Positions 37,655 through 49,582 of a stretch of 64,000 bases of DNA are shown here, piece after piece. Source of the DNA: Botryllus schlosseri (taxonomy: Eukaryota); NCBI GenBank assembly GCA_051294905.1, contig CM119371.1, positions 16,990,001 through 17,054,000 of the forward strand, in the 5' to 3' direction. Position numbers and translations under genes: made by a program. Below the pieces are notes generated by a model. The model was not told where the DNA came from. It saw nothing but the letters and a program-made list of their open reading frames with translations, and ran no database searches. The number at the start of each line of letters is the position of its first letter. The stretch's first letter is position 1.

Positions 37655-40600
37655 ATGAATCCGTTAATGCGGACTACTGCTGGAGTCTTATTATTTGCGA
37701 ATGCGATCGTCGCACCACCGTTCGCAATATTGTATGATGGACGATATGATCGATCTTCGATCATTGTAGAAGTCGAACATAGACTTTCCGATTTGGAATA
37801 CCGCCTCAGCTTGAAAATACTGCAAAGCACTGGTAAGCATTTAAACAAGCACTTCACTCGATTTCCAATCGACTCATGGCCGTAGACAGAATGAAAAGTT
37901 AGTGTGGGCGGATGGAAGTTTTGAAGGGATAAGAATTTTTCTTTACCAATCACGTGATGTCACGAGTCCATTGTGATATGTTGTGGCATAGGCTATGACG
38001 TAGCACTGCGCAAGTTGAACACTTTTAGAAGTGGGCAAAGGCGCCTTTCACTCCCTGGTTGCGCATATGAGTCCGCCTACCCATATTTCTTATCACAATA
38101 TTCAATACCCATATGCCTTACATTATGTGTATTTCATTTTCCAGTGAAACACGGGAGGTTTTAGTATTGGTTCACTAAACGTATATGACTGGTCTGTTTC
38201 TGATATGAAAACGTCTTCGTATAGTAGTTATAGTTACTACATTGTGGTTTAAGAAATATCAATTTTATTAGAGGCTATATCAGAGGTCTCAAACACGCGT
38301 CCCGCGACCACATTTCGGATTTAGAAGTATTCGACAACATCTTACTGTCATATATCTTTTTTTTATTTGAAAACTGGAAATTCGCCCCAGAACTCCCAAA
38401 GCTTGAAAGTACTCACCAAACTTCACAATTACATCACTTTCAAAAGTTCCCACTGAATGGAGGATCACTGAAGACTTCGGCGATTGGACATTTTTATTGC
38501 TATGGCACAGTAATCATTATATTCAAGTTGTTTTAGATCTGTTACAGTATTAGAAGGTAAATCTAACGTTGATTTAATTTGACATAGGCAGGCCTAATGA
38601 CATGATCAATAGTTTTGTTATCAGGAGTATGCCCGAAACCCGGATTAGGCCGTACTGCTCCAATAATGGTCTGATATCAGTATCAGATCAATCTTAGTAA
38701 AATTCTAAAATATTCTACCTATAATTGTGACACGTCAAATTTCCGCCAGCTGCAAAATTATGACGCGACAGCTTTTACGATGTCCAGATGCATTTGAACT
38801 CTCGCATGGTGTCTACAGCAGCTATGCCAAGTACAGCAACAATTTTATTCAAATATTTTAAAATGTGATTTTTTTAGTGCCAAGCATGAATTCACAATAG
38901 TAAATCACATTTTAAAGATGCGTGTGGCATGTCAGTCTGCAAAGTCCCGTCAAATAAGGCCTACTCGAAAATACATTGGCCCGCACGCCATGAAAAAGTG
39001 GGAAATTGGCCCGCGAGTACATTTGAGTTAGAGACCTCTGGGCTATATCAAGTATCGAAAACCAAGTGGACTGGAACACATAAATAATATTTTCATGTAG
39101 ATCAGGGTTCTCAACCTGGGGGGTGCCCCCCCCCCCCTTGGGGGCGTGGGAGGCTCTCAGGGTGGCGCGAGAAATTTTTGTCAATTTGGTCAATGTCTTG
39201 ATAAATTGTGACTAAACATGTGCTTCACAACCATTCTGAAGATACGATTATTGAAGATTAAACTTAATTCGTATTCTAGAAAGTTTGACAAACTCAAACT
39301 CCAGCAGTCGCGCTCAACGGAGTATAGACTGACTTCAACTTCATTTGAGCAAATTTTTGATATTCTTTGAAGATTTAGAGAAATTCCTACGTGCAAGTCA
39401 TTCATTACTTTATAGCTTTGGCAGTAGCCTAAATCTCTGTGCGCTTGGTAGCTGTTATTGATAGCTGGCGAACTGCACTGCCTAAGACAGACTTAGATGC
39501 AATATAGGTTGTCCGGTTTCGCCCTCAATTAGGCTATAAATCAACACAATTTAATTCATTTCCAAAACTGATCAAATTTAGCATGGCAGGACAGAACGAC
39601 GCCGTGATCTCTGTAGTCACTACCAGCATCAGGATTAGTTTCAGTGCAACCTACCTTGAAATTAATTGATGTCCTTTTCAATGCTTTTTTTGTTATTTTC
39701 AAACAAGTTTGGGGAAGTTTGTCAGCAATGTAAAAGACTAAACAACTGGAATGTGGATTCAAAATTGGCGTAAGATATAGCTTATGTATACTACTATATC
39801 AGGGGTGGGCAGCCCGTACGGCCGTAGAAGGGAATTTGTGCGGCCGTCGACGCCTAATTCAATTAGTATGTGTTGGCAGCCATAGACATGCAAATTGCAA
39901 TTACGAATTCACTCCCGAATTTTCGAGAGATTTTATTTAATCTTGAAATTTTCTTCGCGCTCCGCGCAATTCAACAAGACTTCATTTTTCGATTTTAATG
40001 CAGTAGCGCACTTCTTAATTGGAGCAGGAATGGGAATCCTCAAGAAATAACAATTCATTCGCGACTCTGAAAAATTTTCGCGCTTCGCGCAACAATATGC
40101 ACTCCCAGCAACTATTCATAACTTTGCCACTCGCGATTTCGGTGCGTACAATAGGCCGTTGTGAAATGTAGAATAGTCCGGAGTTCACCGGGAATGGATA
40201 TGGACAATGTACCATAGGCATTTTGCGTCCAGATCGTTCATTGCGGCTATGCCCTGGAATGCGACCTTCGGCTACATAAGTAATCGAAATACAGCCATGA
40301 TTAGCAGGAAGGTTGCCCACACCTGTATTACATGATGTGCTCTTTTTGACATGACGATAAATGTAAGTGGGGTCAGGGGGGCGCGATTTTTTTGACCATC
40401 GCCAAGGGGGGCGCGTGTCAAAAAAGGTTGAGAACCGCTGATGTAGATCAAGTACATGACTTTAACAACGTATGGGCCAGCACCCAGTTGAGGATCATTG
40501 GTCACAGAGCTTTACAGTGCTATCAGAAATCATGCTATTATGAAGACATGTTGTTCGGCAGGGAAAGTAACAAGCACGTCCGACCTATGTTGCTGCTCTA

Positions 40601-42469
40601 TTGACACTTGGTGTCTTGATGGCTTCGCCATTGTGGCACTCACTACTTTGGCATTTGCTGCTACACCTGCTATTCTTCCAGGATCCCTGCGCAAAAATAT
40701 GAAAATCAGATGCAAATCCCACGAATTGTAGCGTAACAGGCGACATTCATGATTGTTCTCGACTTAGATAAGTGTGCACTGGAATGGATTGGTCTCTGCT
40801 TCTTTGCCATATTCTATCAACCCGGCAAGATAAATCAAGAGGCCGCAAGATTGGCGTGCGAAAAGAGAGGCGCTAAACTTGGCAACACCTACGCAAAGGA
40901 GCAATACGAAAGTATTATGGATTATCTGAGACCGTATATCGCTACCAGAAATGATGGAGTAAATTCAATTGGATTCAGGACCGGTATGAGATACGAGCCC
41001 AAGGTAAATATTATTATATTGGACTATATTTGTAAATCGCTACCAAATCACAAACGCAGAAGCGTCACACCTATATATCGCGTCAGCGGGCCGAACATTC
41101 GAACAATTCATAAGAAACACCGACAAAATAAACCATCATGCTGAAATGTACAAAACTTTGAAAGATAAAACATTTCTAAATAAGAATCGCTGTGGTCGAT
41201 GTCCGCAATTCATGCCTACCGATCCAGGGACGGATATTGTTAGGGGCAAAGTGTGGAATGGTGTTTCACCGCCTAACAGAGCGTTAACGACCAGGCCTTT
41301 GCAGTTTTATGATGACTTGAGTTGCAATTTTGTCGTAACTTAATCAATCAATCTTATCTCCCATAAAATCCCAAAATTTATCGACTATAAGAGCTTAGAT
41401 GTATTTTCTGCGATCACGTACCATGTCGGTTACTTTATTGCAATATTATGGGACAAAGTATGCAATACTTGTTCGGCCAAATGTACTCTGAGTGCAATTG
41501 TACTTGAAATCCATGTTTATGCCTCAACTATATAGTTTTATTTGCTTCAGGTATGTAAGTCTTCATTACTCGCAAACGCGTATAAAACATTTTAGCCCTC
41601 ATGAAATCGGAAAATCCTGTGGGCGTTACTCACTTCAGACCGCTAGGTCGTCTTTGCGACCAGCGAATTGGTTTCTGATGCGGGAAAATACATGTGATAT
41701 TGTAGTTCTAAACATTGGAGGGAATTTCAGTTTTCAACTGTTAATCGGGTTCAAAATGACGTCTTCTCGCTCGCTCAATTCCACAATTCTTTGTTATAAA
41801 ACGCTGTAAGTAAACTAATCTTGACATTGAACCACTGAATCCACGTGATTTGTATAATTGAAAGCAAACGGTTACCACGAATAAGATTAATCCTAGTAAC
41901 GGCTATAGCATCGGGCAACTCTTGCGGTAATGCATTAAAACCGCATTACCATTTACTTCGCCGCAGCCGGATCCAGATCACGTTAGTATTGAAAATTTAA
42001 GATTCATAAATGTCACCTTTTTAATTTGCCTGAAATTTGATGATTCCCAATTTATCGTAACACCTTTCTTTTTTGTTCTTTGTTCTAAATGTTCTCTTGT
42101 AATCACGCATAGATGTTAGAATTCATTGATGCTTAAAATCGAACATTATTTTTTGACCTGGCGCTTGAGTTTGGAGTCACAAGTAGTGAATATAGTAATT
42201 GCAACGAAGTTTGTTTCGCAGTTTATTTTGCGATCTGAAATGCAAATACATGACGTGTCTTCGTTATTATTTTCTAGTCTCAAGTCGTTTACCTCCCCGA
42301 TGGCAGTGAGGCGCCATTCGTACATTGGAGATCGACATATCCTAAGCCCGTATCTGACCAAACTACTGTACTAGTCAACGTGTGGCCCCAAGGATCGGGA
42401 AATAATGGGATGTTTAACTTGAAATCCTCGACTGGAAGCTTTGCGATTCTATGCCAAATAAATATATAG
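37655..42469 (+). CDS. Secreted coiled-coil + C-type lectin-like domain protein, copy A (201 aa; exons 37655-37832, 40768-41003, 42278-42469)
   Basis: All junctions GT-AG and in frame; hydrophobic N-terminus, heptad neck, C..W.G.CF, A...C...GA.L, W...YP, GM.N, LC; the same exon structure recurs in copy B. Confidence 0.85.
38281..39040. mobile_element. CAGAGGTCTCAAAC-family MITE in intron 1 of gene A
   Basis: Both TIRs; perfect TSD GGCTATAT. Confidence 0.93.
39103..40440. mobile_element. hAT MITE in intron 1 of gene A
   Basis: CAGGGTTCTCAACC / GGTTGAGAACCGCTG; perfect TSD ATGTAGAT. Confidence 0.92.
39800..40325. mobile_element. Nested hAT MITE, family of 82-864
   Basis: CAGGGGTGGGCA / TGCCCACACCTG; TSD TACTATAT/TATTACAT. 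Confidence 0.88.
40500..40686 (-). pseudogene. Thrombospondin type-1-like exon remnant, antisense in intron 1 of gene A
   Basis: ttttgcgcAG|GSWKNSRCSSKCQSSECHNGEAIKTPSVNRAAT*VGRACYFPCRTTC. Confidence 0.45.
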
Positions 42470-43324
42470 AACACGTAATGCATCTAATCTCTTTTGAAAC
42501 ATACTGGTATGATCATTATGAAATTTTGTCAGTGATAATTGCAATTGCGTGATTAAAGCAATTGATTCAATTACCGTTGGTGTATCGATGGACGTAGAGA
42601 TCGTGTACAGAATGTGATCTCTAGATGAGGAAGATGAAGGTTGAGAAGAAACTAGCTAATCTAGTCCAACCCTGTAAAAGGCATAGTCATGCCTGAAAGT
42701 TATAATAGTAGACAGTGTAGAGGCCATTTTTCACGGTACAGGCAAGTGTTTATTCCTACAACATACCCAAACCGGGTGTCCACATCAACACATCGTCCGC
42801 TCGCCGAGACAGCCCAGCATGAAAGAAGGAAGGGCACGGTAAAGCATGCGACACAACGATAATATTGGTCACCTGCGGCAGTAGCAAGCAGGGCTGCTAC
42901 AACAGTGCTTCCCACTTGGTGTATCAGTGTCAGAGATTAGCCCTGCATTGACCAATATGCAGGTGAATAATTTACAATATAGCATTTCGACACAACCTCC
43001 GTTATTAATTCGGAGTAAATTGACACATTCAGGGACATTAAGAGACTCCGTAAAATAGCACAGTTCATTATAAAGCAATATCAAATGTTTCCGAGTGTAT
43101 GAAGCACTGACATTTGGGCAATTTTGGATTCTTGTTCAAACGTACTATTGTTTATTACATTCCTCCGCGTTGGTATCCAGTGATTGGTATAGTTGTGGAA
43201 GATATGATTCATTTCAGCATCAAAGCAAATAACCGAGACTTTCAAACACTTTTCTTTGACAGATGAATCGTTCATGGAAGGAAAATGATTCAGCTGGCAT
43301 GTAGGACCATCTATGTCCAACCAA

Positions 43325-43843
43325 TAGGGCTGGGCACAATGATTCGAGAAGTCGAATCTGAATCGAGTAATAATTTATTGATTCGAGTCGAGCATTAAAA
43401 CGTGGTATTTTCGAGTATAGTGACGATATACGATCCACGCCACTGAAAGTTGATTTATCGACGAGAATTATATAGTTTCGATACTAGTTTCCACTTCGAA
43501 AGGCTGCATACCTTGATTGGCCGTATCGCAGCATACGAAACACATAGTACAAAGCTATACTAACTATAGTGGAAAGAACATATTACTGCAGTCATGATCA
43601 ACCCAAAACATGCCACAAAGTGCAATGACACTGGTATAGTCGTAAAAACTCCAAATATTCTCTAATGTGACGGATGACAGGCGATATATTCTCTGTGGAC
43701 GCATAAAAGGTGCAAATTTGAACACGGACATCCTACATACCGTTATCACGTCATGATGAGTGATACTCGAAAACGACTCGACTCGAAGCATAATGCGTGA
43801 TTCAGAATCGAATCACTCAGATACTCGATTTCGTCCAGCCCTA
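43325..43843. mobile_element. MITE, TAGGGCTGGGCA family
   Basis: Both TIRs; TSD CCAACCAA/CCAACCAT. Confidence 0.92.
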
Positions 43844-44309
43844 CCAACCATTGATAGGATAGTGATACCAATATCACCATTTTAGGATGGGCGATGAAAA
43901 TAGTTACACTATTTTAATGGAATGATGTACATCAGTTAATGTATGTGTGAATTGTTAGATAAATATAGTAACTGTGTAATTTCGCAATCATCCATAAACA
44001 CAATCTATGTAGAATTCTTTTTATTGAAGTTTGCAAAGTGATAACGAAAATATTATGAAAATACCTGAATACTTTGGTAGGCGTGTACATGAGGATTTTT
44101 TTATGTATCGCCTTTCAATTAAATAAAAGGGCAAAAGGAAACAGGAAACAAAAGAACATCGAGATAATTAGTTTTGGGCCCCTGTTAAGCGCCTCCAACG
44201 TGGACGGTCGTGGGTGTCTTCGAGCGATAGCCCGCGTTGCGCTAGCTCGGTCTCTATTGTCGAGCGCCATGTGGTTCTATTCCAGCCACCTCTGCGCCAT
44301 GGCTCCAAC

Positions 44310-45068
44310 TATTTGTGCGGCCCGCGAAAGGCTCAACAAACAAAATATCGATAAAATGCGTAATAAAAATCTAATTACTGCAAGGATTAGATTAAACTAC
44401 TTCCTTATATATTTTTACGCGATAATTAAATGTTATATTCGAACAATGGTATATTTTTATTTTATTGCAGGCGCGGTAGCCCGACATTAAGGCCCACGCA
44501 TTTTAAAATGTCGATAAACATCCCAGAAAGTTGAATGAGACTGACTTTCGTATCACGAGTGTGGTTTTACATTGGCCACTCAAGAAGTTTATTACTCTAA
44601 GCGCTGTACTAGGAAAAACCGATTCGTTCGAGTGATGGTAGATTCGTTCTCTGTATCTGCAGAAGTATTTGCATTTATAAAATCTATATGTAGCGTACTT
44701 GAAGCTAACATGGTTATGGCGCTGTCAGCATTGTGTGTCCTCGAGGTAAACCAAGAGTAGAATCAGCAAATCTATAAACAGATCGCTGCTCACAAATTAC
44801 AATCTCCATCCTGCTCTAAGAATCGGGATAACCAACTTTCATCCCTAGTATTGAAAATTGGTTATTGAAGTTGACCAGCTTATGAAATCTCGTCTCGCGT
44901 GTACGGTTTGTTTTAAATAAAAAATATATATCATTCCCATATCCTCATTATATGATCATATACCAATATTGCGTTTTGGTATAAAATTCCAATTTTATAA
45001 AGTGCGGCCCGCAAATGGATTTAGATGTTGAGCGCGGCCCGCAAGCTAAAAAGTTTTGCCCACACCTG
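44310..45068. mobile_element. hAT element lacking a clear left TIR
   Basis: GCGGCCCGC subterminal motifs; right end TTTGCCCACACCTG followed by ATCTAGAG. Confidence 0.55.
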
Positions 45069-45295
45069 ATCTAGAGGTTGCAAAATTTGCCTGCAACAAC
45101 TTAGGTACTGAGCTTGGCGACTTTACGAGGGGAATCATTACTACTATACCATGCATTATCTCAGATTAATAATAAATTTAGGAATCAGAAAAGGTCTGAT
45201 ATGAGCCCAAGGTCGGCTTGGAATTACCATCTGTGGCCCGTAGGTTTAAAGCGGATAAAGATTATTTTGGTAAATCTATGGCTGCAAGCATGTAC

Positions 45296-46061
45296 CAGTG
45301 TTAGTATCAAGTCGCTACTTTCTAGTCACGAGTCATTTCGAGTCATTGGACATTTTGACTCGGGTCAAGTTAAGTCAATCGATTTCCGGAGGTGACTCGA
45401 GTCAAGTCAAGTCACATTTCTAGTCAAGTCACAATCCTAGTCAAATTGCCTTTTCGATGTATGAGGCATGATTGCATCGTTGTATTTCGCTGGCTGTCTG
45501 AAATTCAGATTGAGTGGTCATTGATTATGAACCGATGAACGAACATAGAGTTGAATATACGCGCAAGAAGGCGCTGCCTTGCTCACATATACGTTGAACT
45601 GTTAAACTACGTAAGTAATTGCATAGCCTCCTGGTTGGGAACTATATTCGAAATCAATTTCAATAAAAACAAGTGTTTTGAATAAGGTAAGAACACAGAA
45701 TTAACTTTCCTATAATAGTTTACGACAACATAAGCTGTAAGCTTCGATCACGTCGTTTGCGGTCAACTTATTTGTGTAATAACAGTGGAGGCTTAGTAAA
45801 ACGCACGATCATTTAATGATTAGTGGCTCGCACGGGTTACTCGGAAGCGTTTCGCGAACAATCCGAACATATGCAAGATAGTGATTTTTATCAAGACCGA
45901 TTACATGATGACTTGAAATTGACACGTGAATTTTGCTCGGAGTCACGAGACAATCCACATTTCTGATACGCCGAGTCAAGTAAAGTAAAGTCATTTTTAG
46001 CACAGTGACTCGAGTCAAGTCAAGTCAAATGGTAAAGATGACTCGAGTCATCCCAACACTG
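45296..46061. mobile_element. MITE, CAGTGTTGGGAT family
   Basis: Colinear with 9704-10615; TSD not clear. Confidence 0.88.
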
Positions 46062-46439
46062 CTGGCATTTGTATAGACAATTAGTAGCCAGAAGAGTATA
46101 TATAACCTGCGTAGGCCTATATTGTCATAGAACCAAAACTTCATGCAATAGTAGGTTATACACTTCTCGCAGTTCGATGCCGAACGGGATGATATGTGGA
46201 ACCTCAATATTGTCACATAACTGAAAATCCGAAATATCGATAGGCCGCGTGTTGGAGACCACTGGTTTGAAACATGTTATAAACATTTTTTTAACAAAGG
46301 ACTGTAAAATTGTAATGGAATTGTGGTCAGTTGCGCAAAATGGTCAATGTCAATCCACTATGACGTCCCAATTCAATATCCGTGACGTCATGTCTTTAAA
46401 AAAATAAAGACATGTTTTAATCAAGGGCATAGTTTAAAC

Positions 46440-48252
46440 CAGTGGTTCTTAACCTTGCCCCCAGCGCCCCCCCCCCAAGGGGCGCTGGCGATTTTGAAGG
46501 GGACGGAAATGCTCAGGGGGCGATATGGGGGGCGCTGGGCTCAGGGGGGCGGTATGGGGGCGCTGGAGGAAAATGGCTTCGCAGTAGAATGAGTAGATGA
46601 TGTGATGGTAGGACATATCCTTAACGAGTATTTAGAGCAAATTAACACCGAAAACTTCGTTTGATATAGCCTACAAAATACATATCGGTTTAATTGTCCA
46701 TGGGCGCCTAAATGACTGGCATCGAATGTTCCTGTCTTGGCAATCTGAACCCCAGAAGACGAATTCCATCTGGCAGGGAAAAATTATATGCCAGTGAAGA
46801 AATACAAATTTGAAATCGTGTGCGTCTTTTAGTTTAGTATACGATTGGGCGACAGGGATATCTAAAACTGGATATTCCTGTTGGACGATTCTATATTTTT
46901 TATAAAGCAGACAGGAGGTCACGAAATAACATCATGCAACGAAGTCATACCAACGGGTTTTCCCGCCCAAATATGTTTAATTATTAGTTACGGGCCCTAC
47001 AGTTACCAAGACACCTCACAATGTTCGCTTTACACAGCTCACTGCGCTGACCCTTGGACAACAGTGCGTAACGACTAAAAGAAGGCCATAACTTCGGATT
47101 TGTTGTGCGCAACGTAGATTTTCTGTGCGGAGAGACCGTGTCAGCACTGCGCACGTGCGCAGCTTAGAGGGAACATTGCACCTCACTCAGCTCTACCGGT
47201 AACTCTGGTAACGTGAGCAGAGAGGACAAGAAATTGATAGCAATAGGCTATATATGCAATTCCCGATCTTACTGACCAATTTTATCATGAATAATCGAAA
47301 GTTTTCGCGCTTCGCACTGGCTCCCAAAAAGTACAGCTGATTCCGTGCAAAAGCGAACAACGTGATGGGGGGCGGTCGGTTTATCACCCTATGGGAGTCC
47401 AAGACCCAAGTTTTTTACGGGGCCTGACGAAGTGCCGTTTCGGTCCTGCCAACGGGTGTACGCCAAGATGTATAATTATTATTGAGGGGTCCTACCTTTT
47501 CAATCACACATCGCTCAGCTTTACCGGTAAATCTGTTTACGTGAGCAGAGAGAGGATAAAAATTGATCTTATTATACATGCAATTGCCGATCATATTGAC
47601 CAATTCAATGATTAATTACTGAAATTTTTCGCGCTTCGCGCGTCTAGGCGAGAATAGCTGCCTCAGTAAATGGACACCTACTGTAGATGACTAGTATCAG
47701 CAAATAGTGGATAGTCGAATGGCGTCTGGGGGCGAAGCCCCTCGTAAGTTTGGTTTATCACCCGATGGGGGGCCCAAGACCAACGTTTTTTTTTGGGGGG
47801 GGGGGCTGACGAAGTGCTGTTACGGCCCTGGTAACGAATTAATTGTACCTACGGGCACGCCCGAATATGTTGAATTATTAATTACGTGCCCTTTATTTTC
47901 CCATACAACAGCTCACTAAGCGCTACTGGTAAATCTGATTACGTGGGCTGAGGGGATGAAGAGTTTATAACGAATTATATATGTAAATACCACCTATTCA
48001 CTCATGCATTATAGAAAATTTTGGTACCTAGGGCGACCAGGCCACACAAACTTTGCTGACCATCGAAATCACGCTATGGGGTTCTTGGGGGCGCAAGGCA
48101 ATCGTTTTAGGGGGGGTTGACGAAGTGCTGTTACGGCCATCCCTCTTACTCATTGTATTTATTACATTCCTTACAATATGAGGTTGGGGGGGGGCTGGAG
48201 CACGATAATTTTTGAAAGGGGGCGCTGGAGGAAAAAAGGTTAAGAACCACTG
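46440..48252. mobile_element. Non-autonomous hAT (1813 bp) with internal tandem units, nested in a TAGGGTTGC-family remnant
   Basis: CAGTGGTTCTTAACC / GGTTAAGAACCACTG; perfect TSD GTTTAAAC; interior related to 29020-30169. Confidence 0.94.
47019..47178. mobile_element. 160-bp mini element nested in 46440-48252
   Basis: CAATGTTC / GAGGGAACATTG termini; CACCTCA on both flanks. Confidence 0.7.
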
Positions 48253-48309
48253 GTTTAAACCAAGGGCCTTGTTTTAAACATGTTTGTTTTAAATTGATTT
48301 TTGTTTAAG

Positions 48310-48715
48310 AGCAAGTATAGAACCACGTATTACACTCCGCTCAATATTAATGGAGCAATAGCTGGAAGCCGAATACATTATCCGGTTTGGCCTTGACCGT
48401 TGAGCTTATATTTCATTGCAAGTCCTTGTCGAAATTGTTTGCAAAGTGACGAAAGATATTGATTATATACGATTGTTCTAGCATTTGATCGCTACAGTTG
48501 ATAGATTTGGTGACGCTCAAAAAGTAAGCATGTACTTCACCATTGTGGAATAATGTGGCCTGAGTCGTCGCTAGGTATCGTGTGCATTGTGTACATTGAT
48601 ATATCACTTCACTGAAATGTAGAGTTGGTATTAGCAATATGACATCACATGACGTCATAGATTCACGTTCGCGTTCAGACGAACCCTAACCTTTCAGGGT
48701 TTTGCACCATCCCTA
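48310..48715. mobile_element. Right part of a TAGGGATGG-family element
   Basis: Aligns to 28740-29010 plus 30178-30322; ends CACCATCCCTA. Confidence 0.8.
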
Positions 48716-49029
48716 TCGGCTAGTCCACCTAAAAGCTATTTAAGACTACAGTCACAATTCTGATTGGCGGTGATGTCATAAATCTCATGCTTAAATATGT
48801 AATATCCTGTTGAAGAAATCGCATCGTCACCTCTAGGACTGCAAATATTACAAAAATCAATTTGAAAAAAACGTTTAAAACAGGGCTCCTGTTTAAAACA
48901 TGTGTTTATTGTTTTTTTTTGTGATTTATTAGCCATGAAGTCACGAATCTTTAATTGTGGTGTCATAATGGTTTGACATTAACGATTGAAAATATAAGGC
49001 TAACTTCTTCGACGAAACGGGCTTCCGAC

Positions 49030-49582
49030 TACTGCCACAAACCGACCAGAAATACCTCTGCGAAAAGTATTATTTGACATGGGAATCGTTTTCTATTCTT
49101 CCGCAGCTTTGTTCCCAAACATTCTTTTTATAATTCTGGTACAAGCCCGAAGAATAACATTCTCTGCTTCTGTGAGAAGTTTTAACTTCTAGCTACTACC
49201 ACTGAGACCACATAACTGACCTGCTGCGATCTCGTTGAAAAGTCAAACCTTCCGGTAAACGACATAGAACTTGCATCGGTGTTTTCGTTAAGTCTTTAAA
49301 AATATCTCGGTGGTTTGTAAGACAACAACTGTCGACTGCTTTTTAAAGAGTGTCTTTACAATTTACCTGGCACCATAGCTTCATTTGACAATTTGGTATG
49401 ACAGATAAGGCAGTCTAGGTTGCGATTCATCATCACACCAAGTGAAGCGCATAACTGTCGCAATATAGGTTTGCTCTCTTGGTTTTCTTGTTTTCTGTAC
49501 CTCTACTTCCAAAAGGTCATTGTTCTCTACTGCAACGATCATCATCGCTTGACGTCATTACTTTCAAACTCACCTTTTCCAT
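49030..49582 (-). pseudogene. Decayed Buster/Charlie-type hAT transposase N-terminus (BED zinc finger region)
   Basis: FTWCDDESQPR / CLICHTKLSNEAMVPGKL*RH...YF*RL...SY.V... / TEAENVILRAC..I...MFG.KAA...IPMSNNTFRR; candidate element end ...GCGACACACCTGTTGAAAAGCAGTG at 50605. Confidence 0.85.

Noticed and set aside
42700..43084. Cys-rich minus-strand ORFs
   Set aside because: No consistent Cys pattern or splice support.
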